IMG/VR virus record: IMGVR_UViG_3300026549_000005
Location: 3,003 to 67,002 of that record
Origin: a virus
Reading direction: 5' to 3' (one strand)
Length of the DNA: 64,000 bases
The translations under genes and the position numbers were made by a program. Of this stretch, positions 1 to 9,456 are shown in pieces (position 1 is the stretch's first letter; each line of letters opens with the position of its first letter). The notes beneath the pieces were generated by a model that ran no database searches, had not been told where the DNA came from, and saw only the letters and a list, made by a program, of their open reading frames with translations.

Positions 1-44
1 TCACCAAGATTATAACTGAGTTCCATGTCTGCCTCCTAAATAAC

Positions 45-353
45 TCACACTTTCAGGAAGTGAGCAGGGTCATTGAAAAATCTAACTTTCAGCAATGTTC
101 TACTTCTTAAAGCACAACAAGGTCGCCAATAATCAGCATTTCTATTAAAGATAGTATAAGTTGTTGTACCATCAGTAACGTTTATCTGAGTTCCATTTGT
201 GCCTGCGGGAATTGTCTGAAACAATCCTAAGCAATAACAATTACCATCTGTAAAAATTGTTCCTGCGGGAACGGTGATTGTTGTTATACCACCGCTAGTT
301 GTAATGCTAGATATTGGAATTAAATTAGGGCAAGTTCTGCATTTACAAGCCAT
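45..353 (-). CDS. small Cys-rich protein (102 aa), function unknown
   Basis: ORF 45..422 trimmed to ATG 353 with GGAGG upstream; MACKCRTC N-terminus, internal CYC and PCC, Thr/Gly-rich body. Confidence 0.5.
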   Translation of the reverse strand: MACKCRTCPNLIPISSITTSGGITTITVPAGTIFTDGNCYCLGLFQTIPAGTNGTQINVTDGTTTYTIFNRNADYWRPCCALRSRTLLKVRFFNDPAHFLKV

Positions 354-376
354 ATTAAGCCTCCGTATAAAAAATA

Positions 377-398
377 AAGGGCAAGTTGCCTTGCCCTT
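377..398 (-). terminator. rho-independent terminator after the 482..1126 gene
   Basis: 9-bp stem aagggcaag/cttgccctt, 4-nt loop, followed on the minus strand by tattttttat. Confidence 0.6.
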
Positions 399-481
399 AT
401 ATATCAACGTTGAATAGTTCAACGGAAATCTTCAACCTTAAATAAGGGAAATTCAGTTGTTAAGTAATTCTTTACAACTGA

Positions 482-1126
482 TTAAGCCATGCAACCGCAT
501 CCACCACAATTACAGAATGGACTTGTGCCAGCATTGTAGGTCATGCCGTTTGGATAGCGAACAACACCATTCAAAGCCTGAGCCAACTGCAACTGATTGA
601 TTTGATTCTGCATATCTGCCATGCGGTTTCCTGCAATAGCATCAAGAATCTTCTGTGTCTGAGCAGTTGTGTTTGCATTGATGCTTGCCGTGTTCATTGC
701 ATTGTTGTAATTTACACCGTCAATTGCTCTGAGTGTGTTACAACAACACTGATTCTGATTTGCAAGAGCCTCAGCCTGAGCAACACTTACACCAGCAATA
801 TCCCTTGCAAGTTCTGAATACTTATCATTCAGGGCATTAAGGGTATCATGGAAAGTCTGATTTGTTGCACTTACTGATTGTGCAGTTCCACTTGTTACGG
901 CTGAAAGAATATCTCTTGTCTGAGCCTGAAGATTCTGATTATCAAAACCACGGTTTACATCAGCCTGAATAGCATTTGCATTACCATTGTTTCCACCGAA
1001 TCCGCCAAAACCACTTCCACCGAAAAGGAACATGGCAAGAATCAAGAATCCCCAAAAACCAGCACCACCACCAAAACCACTATCACCACCCATAATAACG
1101 GGTGTTCCGTTAGTTTCAATAGCCAT
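482..1126 (-). CDS. Gly-rich membrane-anchored protein with Cys-rich C-terminus, function unknown
   Basis: 214-aa ORF; GGGAGFWGFLILAMFLFGGSGFGGFGG hydrophobic/Gly segment, Q/N/A-rich helical middle with CCC, C-terminal CNCGGCGC; AAGGAGG RBS. Confidence 0.6.
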   Translation of the reverse strand: MAIETNGTPVIMGGDSGFGGGAGFWGFLILAMFLFGGSGFGGFGGNNGNANAIQADVNRGFDNQNLQAQTRDILSAVTSGTAQSVSATNQTFHDTLNALNDKYSELARDIAGVSVAQAEALANQNQCCCNTLRAIDGVNYNNAMNTASINANTTAQTQKILDAIAGNRMADMQNQINQLQLAQALNGVVRYPNGMTYNAGTSPFCNCGGCGCMA

Positions 1127-1172
1127 AGTTTTACCTCCTTTATATTAAGTTTATTTATTAAGACCAACGGTC

Positions 1173-1400
1173 TTATAGTTTTATGCCGAATTGATTGGCA
1201 AAACTATTCAAGTCAATTCCACGTTCTTTAGCAATGTTTTGAGCCATTTCTTTTAATTGTATTTCATTTTTCCCCTGAATCATTTGCTGAACCTGATTGA
1301 ACATTTGAGGATTTTGGCTTTTCATTTTTTCTAACATTTGTTGCTGAACCATCCCCATCGGATTTTTCATTGCTTGCATTGCTTGAAATGGATTTATCAT
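1173..1400 (-). CDS. Q/M-rich small protein (75 aa)
   Basis: ATG 1400 five nt after GGAGG (the track start at 1412 is TTG); overlaps the 3' end of the upstream ORF out of frame. Confidence 0.5.
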   Translation of the reverse strand: MINPFQAMQAMKNPMGMVQQQMLEKMKSQNPQMFNQVQQMIQGKNEIQLKEMAQNIAKERGIDLNSFANQFGIKL

Positions 1401-1794
1401 ATAAGCCTCCAATTATGTTTTCTATGTTGGATAATCTTTGATTTATTTCAGCCATTGGGTCTGATTGTTTTTCAGGAGTTACCTGCTCCTGAACGGTGTA
1501 GGTATAAAAGTCTGACTTCCCGTTGCTCGTGTTGAGTTGTTTCATGTAAATCTTGCCATTACCCGTATCTAAGAAGAAATACATTGTATTTGGGTCAACG
1601 GGAAAACCTTTTGCCTCATCAACACTTCCAACCTGCCTTACAAAGAATTGAGGTTGATTATTTTGTGGATATGGGTTGAATTGTGCTTGTGGCGGTTGCA
1701 TTTGATTCATCTGATTAAGTTGATTTTGAATCATTGCCTGCTGAGCCATAAGTTGATTACGCTGATAATCAAGCATTGGATTAAAGTTATTCAT
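1264..1794 (-). CDS. Q/N-rich protein (176 aa), function unknown
   Basis: ORF 1264..1809 trimmed to ATG 1794 just after the upstream stop; N-terminal Q/N/M/P-rich region; last ~45 aa are out-of-frame overlap with 1173..1400. Confidence 0.5.
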   Translation of the reverse strand: MNNFNPMLDYQRNQLMAQQAMIQNQLNQMNQMQPPQAQFNPYPQNNQPQFFVRQVGSVDEAKGFPVDPNTMYFFLDTGNGKIYMKQLNTSNGKSDFYTYTVQEQVTPEKQSDPMAEINQRLSNIENIIGGLYDKSISSNASNEKSDGDGSATNVRKNEKPKSSNVQSGSANDSGEK

Positions 1795-1795
1795 T

Positions 1796-1987
1796 TTATT
1801 TACCTTCAAAAATAAGTTTTAATTCTTCAGTAAGTTGCAAGGGTTCTATTTCATTCTGCCTTGCATAATCAGCACCACAAGTAATTCCATGTGTGAGCAT
1901 TACCTTTAATTTTTCCTTATCGTTTGGTGATAAAGTTTTAATAAAATTAATTGCTATTTGCCTAACTTCCATAATGCAATAATACAT
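1796..1987 (-). CDS. hypothetical protein
   Basis: 63-aa ORF, first gene of the leftward cluster; no clear RBS. Confidence 0.4.
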   Translation of the reverse strand: MYYCIMEVRQIAINFIKTLSPNDKEKLKVMLTHGITCGADYARQNEIEPLQLTEELKLIFEGK

Positions 1988-2053
1988 GTAATTTAATTTT
2001 TATAAGTTTATAAAAATAACACAAAAAGTTTATAAATAATTTATATAAACTAC

Positions 2054-2082
2054 TTGACTTTTTATATAAATTAGTTTAATAT
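2054..2082 (+). promoter_or_regulatory. sigma-70-like early promoter P1 (TTGACT-17-TAATAT)
   Basis: Member of a 5-copy conserved motif; followed by leader hairpin GCAGG(2094-2098)/CCTGC(2106-2110), then AAGGAG and ATG 2126. Confidence 0.6.
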
Positions 2083-2125
2083 AATAAACGTAAGCAGGAA
2101 AACAACCTGCAAAGGAGAATGAACC

Positions 2126-2458
2126 ATGGAAAAGAAAATTGCATATGAAAGAATGGGAAAATTTGGAAAGCCTGAATATTTGATTCCACTGAAGTGTTTG
2201 CCTCTTGTTCAGAAAAAGGAAAGTGAAAAGGCATATTGCTGTGGTGAATATACAGGATTCACTTACAAAGACGGCAATCCACAGATTGATATTTTTGGTT
2301 GGATTCCAAAATCTCAGCTGGTTGAGATTGAGGGTGAAAAATATATCCCTGCTTGGATTCCTGATAATTGGAGAATTACTCACTTGCAGTTCACCAAGTG
2401 GATAAATGAAGAATATTGGCGACATGACTGTGGTTGGGAAGTTAGAAAATTGGCATAG
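2126..2458 (+). CDS. hypothetical protein
   Basis: 110-aa ORF with AAGGAG RBS, first gene after P1. Confidence 0.6.
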   Translation: MEKKIAYERMGKFGKPEYLIPLKCLPLVQKKESEKAYCCGEYTGFTYKDGNPQIDIFGWIPKSQLVEIEGEKYIPAWIPDNWRITHLQFTKWINEEYWRHDCGWEVRKLA

Positions 2459-2515
2459 TGGGATATTGCAGGCGATTTTCAAGCCTGCAATCCTATAATA
2501 AAAGCGAGGTGTGAA

Positions 2516-2752
2516 ATGAAAACGATTGACCCACATTCACTTTTGAAAGATACACCGAGAATTATTGAAAATTGTGGTGTAGTGGGAGACTTGTTTCAAA
2601 TTTGGAAAAAACTTATGAGTGAAAAAACAGATTCAAGATTTAATGAATTTGATGCTTTTGTTGCAGGATATTTCATGGGAACAAATTCAAATTTGCGTGA
2701 AAAATATATGAAATTAAAACCAAGAGAAGAATTTGATTTGAAATTTCTATAA
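2516..2752 (+). CDS. hypothetical protein
   Basis: 78-aa ORF with GAGGTG RBS. Confidence 0.6.
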   Translation: MKTIDPHSLLKDTPRIIENCGVVGDLFQIWKKLMSEKTDSRFNEFDAFVAGYFMGTNSNLREKYMKLKPREEFDLKFL

Positions 2753-2772
2753 TTTAAGTGTTGGAGGAAAAT

Positions 2773-2952
2773 ATGATTAAATTTGAAAATAATTTTGTTG
2801 TAACAACGAAAACTAAATTATTTGTTTATCGTGATGAAAAATGTAACTATCTTATCGGTTGTGCGGGTGTGAAAAACCCAAAAGATTTTGATTTTAATGT
2901 TCTTTACAAGATTGCTTTACACAAATCAGGTTCAACTATTCAGGTGGCTTAA
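2773..2952 (+). CDS. hypothetical protein
   Basis: ORF 2758..2952 trimmed to ATG 2773, five nt after GGAGG. Confidence 0.5.
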   Translation: MIKFENNFVVTTKTKLFVYRDEKCNYLIGCAGVKNPKDFDFNVLYKIALHKSGSTIQVA

Positions 2953-3375
2953 ATGAAAGTACAGATTAAACTTATTAACGGTGGAAAACTACCTGAGTTT
3001 AAAACAGATGGTGCAGTTTGTGCTGATTGTTATGCAAGATGTAAAGAACCCATTGAAATTAAACCAAATGAACGTAAATTAATTCCTTTAGGTTTTGCCG
3101 TTGAACTTCCAAAAGGGTATGAAATGGTCATAAGACCGAGAAGTAGTATGACTAAGAATAAAATTGATTCAGGAATCGGCACTATTGATTGGGATTATAG
3201 AGGTGAGGTTATGGCTTGTCTTATCAATAATCTTGATAAAGCAATTTCAGTTGAAGATGGCACAAGAATTTGTCAATGTGCAATAAGAGAAGTTCCTAAA
3301 ATTGAATTTGAAGTTGTTGATGAACTTTCAGAAACAATTCGAGGTGCAGGCGGTTTTGGTAGTACGGGAAAATAA
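2953..3375 (+). CDS. dut: dUTP pyrophosphatase (trimeric dUTPase)
   Basis: Motifs IRPRSS, GTIDWDYRGEV and RGAGGFGSTGK. Confidence 0.9.
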   Translation: MKVQIKLINGGKLPEFKTDGAVCADCYARCKEPIEIKPNERKLIPLGFAVELPKGYEMVIRPRSSMTKNKIDSGIGTIDWDYRGEVMACLINNLDKAISVEDGTRICQCAIREVPKIEFEVVDELSETIRGAGGFGSTGK

Positions 3376-3376
3376 T

Positions 3377-3586
3377 ATGAGCATTGAAGAACAATATACA
3401 ATGCAAGCAATTCAGCAAATTGCTAAAAAAATTAATAATTTTACATTGCGTGATTATTTTGCAGGACAAGCACTTGCAGGCATGGGTGAATACCTGATGC
3501 AAAACCGTGAAAACTTAAATGAAGTTGCTGAATCTTGTTACAAAATTGCAGACGTTATGGTGGAATATAACAAGTTAAAAAAGTAA
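3377..3586 (+). CDS. hypothetical protein
   Basis: ATG 3377 two nt after the dut stop; 69 aa. Confidence 0.6.
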   Translation: MSIEEQYTMQAIQQIAKKINNFTLRDYFAGQALAGMGEYLMQNRENLNEVAESCYKIADVMVEYNKLKK

Positions 3587-3602
3587 TTCATACATTCTCC
3601 TT

Positions 3603-3633
3603 AGACCTGAGTTATCGTTGATAATTCAGGTCT
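3603..3633. terminator. bidirectional hairpin terminator between convergent genes
   Basis: Stem agacctga/tcaggtct; T-run on the plus strand and A-run upstream. Confidence 0.6.
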
Positions 3634-3636
3634 TTT

Positions 3637-3879
3637 TTATTCATCTAATTCAAGAATTTTTACTATTTTAATTCTTATTATTTTAAGTTCATTATTTACA
3701 ACCATTTTACAAACACATAATGAATCAGCGATAAAATCAATGTTTTGTTTCTTTATATAAAACATCTCAAATATTTTTTGTTGCCTTTCAGATAGCACAA
3801 TTTCATTATTAATTTTATCAATATCTTTTTTAACTGCTTTCTTAAAAAAATTATTTATGTTTTTTATTATTTTTGACAT
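3637..3879 (-). CDS. sigma-70 region-4-like / ArpU-RinA-type late transcription regulator candidate
   Basis: LSERQQKIFEMFYIKKQNIDFIADSLCVCKMVVNNELKIIRIKI resembles a sigma region-4 HTH; start trimmed to ATG 3879 after AGGAGCAGG. Confidence 0.5.
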   Translation of the reverse strand: MSKIIKNINNFFKKAVKKDIDKINNEIVLSERQQKIFEMFYIKKQNIDFIADSLCVCKMVVNNELKIIRIKIVKILELDE

Positions 3880-4019
3880 TCCTGCTCCTACTAACAGATA
3901 GAATTTTATTTCCATCAGTCCTTATAGAAACAGTGTTAGATATAGTTCTTTTAATTTTACTTTTATCTTTGGGTGAAATACTTTTACTCACCTTCATTTT
4001 AACACCCATATTTTACACC

Positions 4020-4391
4020 TTATTTTGTAATTGATAAATTACCATTGTTTTCAGAATTATTATCTGTAATCATTTCAACATTCGAGTTGAAATCTGTATT
4101 TGATATAAAATCAAGCATCTTTTCAGTATTCTGAACTGTGCAATCTTTTAAGAATTTCTGATTTACAAGACTTAATCCAAAAGAACCTATAATTACAACT
4201 AAAAGTAATATAAAAAGTGATATTGAAATAAACTTCAGGAATTTTCTTTGTTCCTTAACATCAGATAAAATATCTTCAAGAAGTGAAATATGGGCAGTTT
4301 TATTGGATTCAATTTCCCTTTTCAATTGTTGCATTTGTTTTCCTGCCTCTTCAGCAACTTTTTCACTGATTTCAATATCAATGTTGTTCAT
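4020..4391 (-). CDS. XhlA-like lysis-associated membrane protein candidate
   Basis: N-terminal coiled coil followed by the TM segment FISISLFILLLVVIIGSFGLSLV; sits in the lysis cassette. Confidence 0.4.
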   Translation of the reverse strand: MNNIDIEISEKVAEEAGKQMQQLKREIESNKTAHISLLEDILSDVKEQRKFLKFISISLFILLLVVIIGSFGLSLVNQKFLKDCTVQNTEKMLDFISNTDFNSNVEMITDNNSENNGNLSITK

Positions 4392-4741
4392 TATACAATT
4401 TCCTTTTTATTATCAAGTTTATTTTTAATATCCCGCAATCTTTGTTTTGATTCCTGATTATCCTGCAATGAATCATCAATTAAGGCACTTACTGCCGAAC
4501 ATATCAGATTTACCGCATTATTTGTTTCTTCAACTTTATCAATTAATTCAGATTTTTGTTGTTTTTGCAGAGTTTCAAAATCAGTCATTTTCTTTTCAAG
4601 TTCTTCAACTTTTTCACCAAGTTGTTTAATCTTGTATATCTGAGCAAATAACTTTCCAAAAAATCCTGATAAAACACCAACGGCAACAACGATTGCGACT
4701 ATCCCACCTAATGTAATGTTATTTACTGCCTCTGCGTTCAT
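4391..4741 (-). CDS. holin / lysis membrane protein candidate
   Basis: N-terminal TM ITLGGIVAIVVAVGVLSGFFGKLF plus coiled coil; ATG 4741 overlaps the endolysin stop (ATGA); GGAGTGG RBS. Confidence 0.45.
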   Translation of the reverse strand: MNAEAVNNITLGGIVAIVVAVGVLSGFFGKLFAQIYKIKQLGEKVEELEKKMTDFETLQKQQKSELIDKVEETNNAVNLICSAVSALIDDSLQDNQESKQRLRDIKNKLDNKKEIV

Positions 4742-5181
4742 TTTCCACTCCAATCAAATCTTAATACACCAAGCATATTATCAATACTTCTGATTGATAA
4801 TTTGGCACCATCTTGTTTAATTCCATTCTGCTCAAACACAAGAATGTTTTTATCATCAACTTTTGAAATGAAAAGAGCAACGTGACCATATTTGTTTTTA
4901 TCGGTCTTGTTGTAAATAACAACATCACCAAAATTAAATTCAATATCGTTGTATGCTTTATTAATAGGAATCTTCTTAAAATACTTTTTTTCTAATGGCA
5001 TTTTTTCCCAATCTAGGAATAAATCAATTGCACCACCAGTTGTTGAGCAAGAGCCAGTATGCGGAATCTGTAGAACATCCTTGCAATATTGTCTGAAAAG
5101 GTCTACACATTGAGCACCAAAAGCCCCATCAAAGTCTACTTTTGTTTTTATGTATTTATTGATAAATTCATCTAATTTCAT
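4738..5181 (-). CDS. CHAP-domain peptidoglycan hydrolase (endolysin)
   Basis: Catalytic Cys context GAQCVDLFRQY and His context KYGHVALF; start trimmed to ATG 5181. Confidence 0.8.
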   Translation of the reverse strand: MKLDEFINKYIKTKVDFDGAFGAQCVDLFRQYCKDVLQIPHTGSCSTTGGAIDLFLDWEKMPLEKKYFKKIPINKAYNDIEFNFGDVVIYNKTDKNKYGHVALFISKVDDKNILVFEQNGIKQDGAKLSIRSIDNMLGVLRFDWSGK

Positions 5182-5229
5182 CCCAGCCTCTTTTTTAATT
5201 ATAATATTAAAATTCAATTAAATAAAGTA

Positions 5230-6525
5230 TCAATAATTATAAAGTTCCATATATTTCAAACTCGTATAATAATGAAAGGGAAAATGAAAGCATAAATGTT
5301 CCAATTCATTATAAGTATATTTTTCTAAAGTATCTCTTAAAGGATATATGCGATATCCGGTATCACCTTTAGAATTAGAATCTGCAAAAAATATCTTTCC
5401 TTCAGGCTCACGAGCATATAGATTTGATTTTATTTCTGAAGGAGCGTAGTATATTAAGTTGTCTTTTTTTAATTTTAAAAATGGTGTATCTTTTCCAAGT
5501 TCACTATAAACATTTCCTTCAGAATCCCAGTATTTTGCATAATATAAATCAATCGTCTGGCTGTCATTGCCGTTTCCCCAGTAGTTGTCTATAATAAAAT
5601 ACAAACCAGTTCCCTGCGGTTGCACATCTGAATCAACAGTGAATGAGTAAGTCCATTCTACAATTTTTCCAATTTCATTATAGGCGGTTGCAGAATTATG
5701 AATATATGACCAACTTGCACTCCAGTTATTCCAATAGGTTATAAAGCCTATTGATGAGCATTTACTAGAAGTAGAAGTTCCATCTCCCCTTGTTCTGAAT
5801 TTAACTCTTACATAATAAGTTCTACCTGCGTAAAGTTTTGTGTTTCTAAGAGCTATCTCTTTACTGTAACTACCTGTATTATGAGTTACATAAGGAATCC
5901 CTATAGGTTGAGTAGAATCATTATATGGATATATTCTTGTATACATTTTAAGATTTCGAGTTATAACGATTGGTTTAGATGATTTTGATTTTTTGATTAT
6001 ATATGAAGTCAATGTTGAATTTTTACCTATATTGTAATCAAAATCACAATCATACTCGCATTTTCTAGCGGTAGTTTTAGAATCACAAACTGTACCTAAG
6101 AAAGCGAAGGAATTTCTTGAACTAAGACAAGATATATCCTTTCCCAAATGAAACGAATTGTTCAGGTTGCTTTTCGACCACATTAAATCATTAAATGTTG
6201 AATCGTGAGTTATAGCATCGTAAGTAACGATTGCGAATATATATCCGTAATAATTGGACTTACCATTAAGATATTTGTTTATTTCATCAGTTATTCCGTT
6301 GGTATTTCCTTCAGTGTATGAATCATAACTTGTTTTTGAAATTAATTTCAATGATGTATTAAAAATATATAAAGTATGACCTCTGGAAGTAACGATATCT
6401 GAATATAATAAGTTTCCTGAGTTATCATATACATTTATACTTCCATTTCCATTTCCAAATATTTTGCTGTTTATTTCAAATTTATATAAATATTGAAATG
6501 AAGTTTGCAAGAATTTATATGCCAT
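5230..6525 (-). CDS. distal tail fibre / receptor-binding candidate
   Basis: 431-aa ORF directly downstream of the tail-fibre gene; Y/N/S/T-rich beta-type composition. Confidence 0.45.
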   Translation of the reverse strand: MAYKFLQTSFQYLYKFEINSKIFGNGNGSINVYDNSGNLLYSDIVTSRGHTLYIFNTSLKLISKTSYDSYTEGNTNGITDEINKYLNGKSNYYGYIFAIVTYDAITHDSTFNDLMWSKSNLNNSFHLGKDISCLSSRNSFAFLGTVCDSKTTARKCEYDCDFDYNIGKNSTLTSYIIKKSKSSKPIVITRNLKMYTRIYPYNDSTQPIGIPYVTHNTGSYSKEIALRNTKLYAGRTYYVRVKFRTRGDGTSTSSKCSSIGFITYWNNWSASWSYIHNSATAYNEIGKIVEWTYSFTVDSDVQPQGTGLYFIIDNYWGNGNDSQTIDLYYAKYWDSEGNVYSELGKDTPFLKLKKDNLIYYAPSEIKSNLYAREPEGKIFFADSNSKGDTGYRIYPLRDTLEKYTYNELEHLCFHFPFHYYTSLKYMELYNY

Positions 6526-6534
6526 ATAATATCC

Positions 6535-7977
6535 TTATACGATTTCAAAAGTAATATCGTTTACACCGTAAGTGTCAATTTTGCTTCTGATGTAATTCCA
6601 CAATAAACTTAAAGGTCTTTTTGTTAGATTTGTAGGATTCGTTCCAGTATTACTTGTAGTTGAAAAAGTATCTGCATCCGTTAGAACGGTTGAACTATCA
6701 TCGGTTATAGTTATTTTATCATTTTTAACGGATACTAGAGCATTTACTTCAGATTTTGAATATATATCAGACAAATCAACTTCTATTGTGCTTTTTCCGA
6801 GTTTTTCCCATTTGCCGTCCACCCAAATATATTCATCATATTGCTGGGTTGCTTCTGTTCCAGTTCCACGAATTAGATAAATTGTGCCTTTTATTCCACT
6901 ATTAGGAAGTTCTGTAACAATCTTAAAATCAATCTGCGTTACACCTGCGATAGCGTCAGCAATCTTTTTGTCAACTGAACCTACAGTTGAGGAATCTCCA
7001 TTGAGAGTTGCTATTGCAGATTCATTTGCAGACACTCTTGATTGAATTGAAGTGTCATCATAATTCTTTAATCCTGCAAGCTTAGTTTTTTCAGCATAAG
7101 TGAAGTTCTGTTCACTTAACCCCCTGCCGTCAATCTTATCAACTTTATTTTTTAGGGCAGTATACACCGCTCCGCTAGTTATGTTTTCTTCAGAATCAAG
7201 GGTTATAGTGCCAGTTGTGGCAACATTTGTTACATTGCCAAGTCCAATCTGATTTTTTGTTACATTGTGAGGATTACTTGTATTTGCAACGTGTGAATCA
7301 TAAGTATCACAACGGTCGGCAAGTGTGCTTTCTGCACCCATTGCCCTAGTTCTTTCTGCCTGAATAGCAGTTGTATTTGCACTTATATCAGTTTCATGCT
7401 GAAGATTTTTTACTTCTCTGGCTGAAATTTCTGCATTAAGATTCTGATTAGTTGTATTAAGATTAATCTGAACATTATCAATATTGGTTTGAAGTAAACT
7501 ATCAGCATCTTGCCTTGCCTGACTTTCAACACCAATTTGTGTTTGAATTTGTGTATTGGTTTCACTTTTAGTATAGTAATCAGATAAATCAACATAGGTG
7601 TTTCCGATTAACTCCCAGGTTCCAGTATATATGTATTCATCATACACATCATTTTCATATTGAGTTGTTCCTTGCTCTTTTTTTCGTTTCAGAAAATAGA
7701 TTGTGCTTGTTGAAATATCTTCTGTCGGAAGTTCATCAACAAATTTTGAATCCCATTTTGCAGATAGTTTTTGGTCAATTTCATTTTTTGTGTATGTTTC
7801 TGATTTTTTGTAATAATTTACCAAATCATTTACTGCATTGGTAATATAACCAGCATCATTAATGAAAAAAGCAACGTTTCTAGGTAAATCTTCAATATTA
7901 AGTTTTGTTCTTCTTGCCTCAATATCTTTAATATCGTGTTGTTCACCCTTAGAAGTTATCCATGCAACTGTATTCAT
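6535..7977 (-). CDS. tail fibre protein
   Basis: Repeated Y(Y/T)KSE(T/V)N fibre motifs and internal duplication (DEYIYTGTWELIG / DEYIWVDGKWEKLG). Confidence 0.7.
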   Translation of the reverse strand: MNTVAWITSKGEQHDIKDIEARRTKLNIEDLPRNVAFFINDAGYITNAVNDLVNYYKKSETYTKNEIDQKLSAKWDSKFVDELPTEDISTSTIYFLKRKKEQGTTQYENDVYDEYIYTGTWELIGNTYVDLSDYYTKSETNTQIQTQIGVESQARQDADSLLQTNIDNVQINLNTTNQNLNAEISAREVKNLQHETDISANTTAIQAERTRAMGAESTLADRCDTYDSHVANTSNPHNVTKNQIGLGNVTNVATTGTITLDSEENITSGAVYTALKNKVDKIDGRGLSEQNFTYAEKTKLAGLKNYDDTSIQSRVSANESAIATLNGDSSTVGSVDKKIADAIAGVTQIDFKIVTELPNSGIKGTIYLIRGTGTEATQQYDEYIWVDGKWEKLGKSTIEVDLSDIYSKSEVNALVSVKNDKITITDDSSTVLTDADTFSTTSNTGTNPTNLTKRPLSLLWNYIRSKIDTYGVNDITFEIV

Positions 7978-7979
7978 AA

Positions 7980-8216
7980 TTACTCCTCAGATTTTTTACC
8001 GTTTTTAAGTTCAATAATCTTATCAAACCAAGTTGAAATGAATATAGGGCAAAATGGAATTGATGGTGCAACACCAATCAAGATTAATGCCTTTACATCT
8101 TCAACTGATGGGCAAGTATTGTGCAGGATGAACTTCAGCATTACAACTACAAAAGTCACAATCAGACCAACTGCTCCAACTATCATCCCAATATGAGATG
8201 TATCTTTAGCCTTCAT
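7980..8216 (-). CDS. small two-TM membrane protein
   Basis: Start trimmed to ATG 8216 after AAGGGG; TM segments IGMIVGAVGLIVTFVVVML and ALILIGVAPSIPFCPIFI. Confidence 0.5.
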   Translation of the reverse strand: MKAKDTSHIGMIVGAVGLIVTFVVVMLKFILHNTCPSVEDVKALILIGVAPSIPFCPIFISTWFDKIIELKNGKKSEE

Positions 8217-8475
8217 TTGTTTCCCCTTTTGCTTGTTCCGCAAGTCGTCTTTGTTCTTCAATATTTTTGAGAATGGTTTGCACTTTTTCTGACTTGAAAA
8301 TAAAATGCTTGTAAATAAACTTAAACGGTCTTGAAACGGATTTTATTTTCTTGCCATTATCATAAATTGATACCTTGCATAGCAATGGGTGAAAGTCTTT
8401 AGGCTTGCTTATTACATAATTTGAACTCTCAAATACTTCAGTTCTGCCGTCTGCTAATTCTGTTATAATTGTCAT
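8206..8475 (-). CDS. hypothetical protein (tail-fibre module)
   Basis: 89-aa ORF between tail-fibre genes. Confidence 0.5.
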   Translation of the reverse strand: MTIITELADGRTEVFESSNYVISKPKDFHPLLCKVSIYDNGKKIKSVSRPFKFIYKHFIFKSEKVQTILKNIEEQRRLAEQAKGETNEG

Positions 8476-8529
8476 TTTTATACTCCTTATTTAAAAATAA
8501 TTTATGATGTTCTTTAATCTCTTTGATTC

Positions 8530-9453
8530 TCAACTAACTCGCTCCCAGCAATATTTTACTACATAAGGCGGTAAAATTGAAAATGAAGTTCCGCTTCCGT
8601 TACTTCCAGTTGTTCCTGCATCTCCTGCAAAGGTAGGTGTAGCGTTTCCCGTGTTTCCACTTGCTCCACCTGTTGTTCCTGAATATGAAAATGAGTGGGT
8701 GTGGCTAACATTAATGTGCAAACATCCACGATTAGCAGGAGGCATTGTGCCACAGTGTTCTGGTCGCCAGGGTGGGTCATTATTTATTCCATATTGGCTA
8801 AATTTATCCGCTCCAATTGAAAAACAACCACTTACATAAGAAGCATTACCATCATTGCCATTATTTTTCCAAATGGCTGGATTTGTGTTATTAGAAGCGA
8901 CTGTTATAACACTTCTAATAACTGACTCAAAATCACCTGTTGCATTACCACTCATTCCTCCAGTTGTTCCACTTCCACTAAAACTATGGGTATGGTTATT
9001 CAATCCGTGGCTATGAGAACTTACCTTTCCACTCGGTGTAAAACTATGGGTATGGCTAGGCATATTATTAACTGATAAAGTAACACTACTTGCTCCACCA
9101 GTCGCTCCTACAGTCTTATAAGTATCACCGCAGGCAAGCACAAATCTGTCTTTAATCTGAACCCAAGTTCCGCCAAATAATGTACTAGGATTTGTACTAT
9201 TGGCACTCCAATACAAACTTCCAACTGGATAAATCAATTTCATCAGCTTATAGAAAACTGAATTTGTATCACTTGTATTTTTTGTATTCAATCCAGTAAA
9301 CAAGGTCGCAATATTAGTTGCGTTTTGTGCAATGTTTACGGCATTTGTGTGCATTTGTGTATCAATAGCATCGGTATTATTATTCCAATGGTCGATATTG
9401 AATTGCTCACTTCTTTCAGGCTTATTCAAATTGTAATTGGTTGAATAATTCAT
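8530..9453 (-). CDS. tail fibre with phage tail-collar domain
   Basis: N-terminus MNYSTNYNLNKPERSEQFNIDHWNNNTDAID; tail-collar-like GGTWVQIKDRF..MPSHTHSF with reiterated HTHSFS.SGTTGG. Confidence 0.75.
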   Translation of the reverse strand: MNYSTNYNLNKPERSEQFNIDHWNNNTDAIDTQMHTNAVNIAQNATNIATLFTGLNTKNTSDTNSVFYKLMKLIYPVGSLYWSANSTNPSTLFGGTWVQIKDRFVLACGDTYKTVGATGGASSVTLSVNNMPSHTHSFTPSGKVSSHSHGLNNHTHSFSGSGTTGGMSGNATGDFESVIRSVITVASNNTNPAIWKNNGNDGNASYVSGCFSIGADKFSQYGINNDPPWRPEHCGTMPPANRGCLHINVSHTHSFSYSGTTGGASGNTGNATPTFAGDAGTTGSNGSGTSFSILPPYVVKYCWERVS

Positions 9454-9456
9454 TTT

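Noticed and set aside
1159-1175. Hairpin taagacc/ggtctta after gene 1173..1400, considered as a terminator
   Set aside because: On the transcribed (minus) strand it is followed by AAUAAAUAAAC rather than a U-run, and it overlaps the stop codon. It was not called.
2030-2536. 168-aa minus-strand ORF across the P1 promoter and the first plus-strand gene
   Set aside because: It is antisense to a well-supported plus-strand gene with promoter and RBS. Its composition is hydrophobic and low-information, and it has no RBS.
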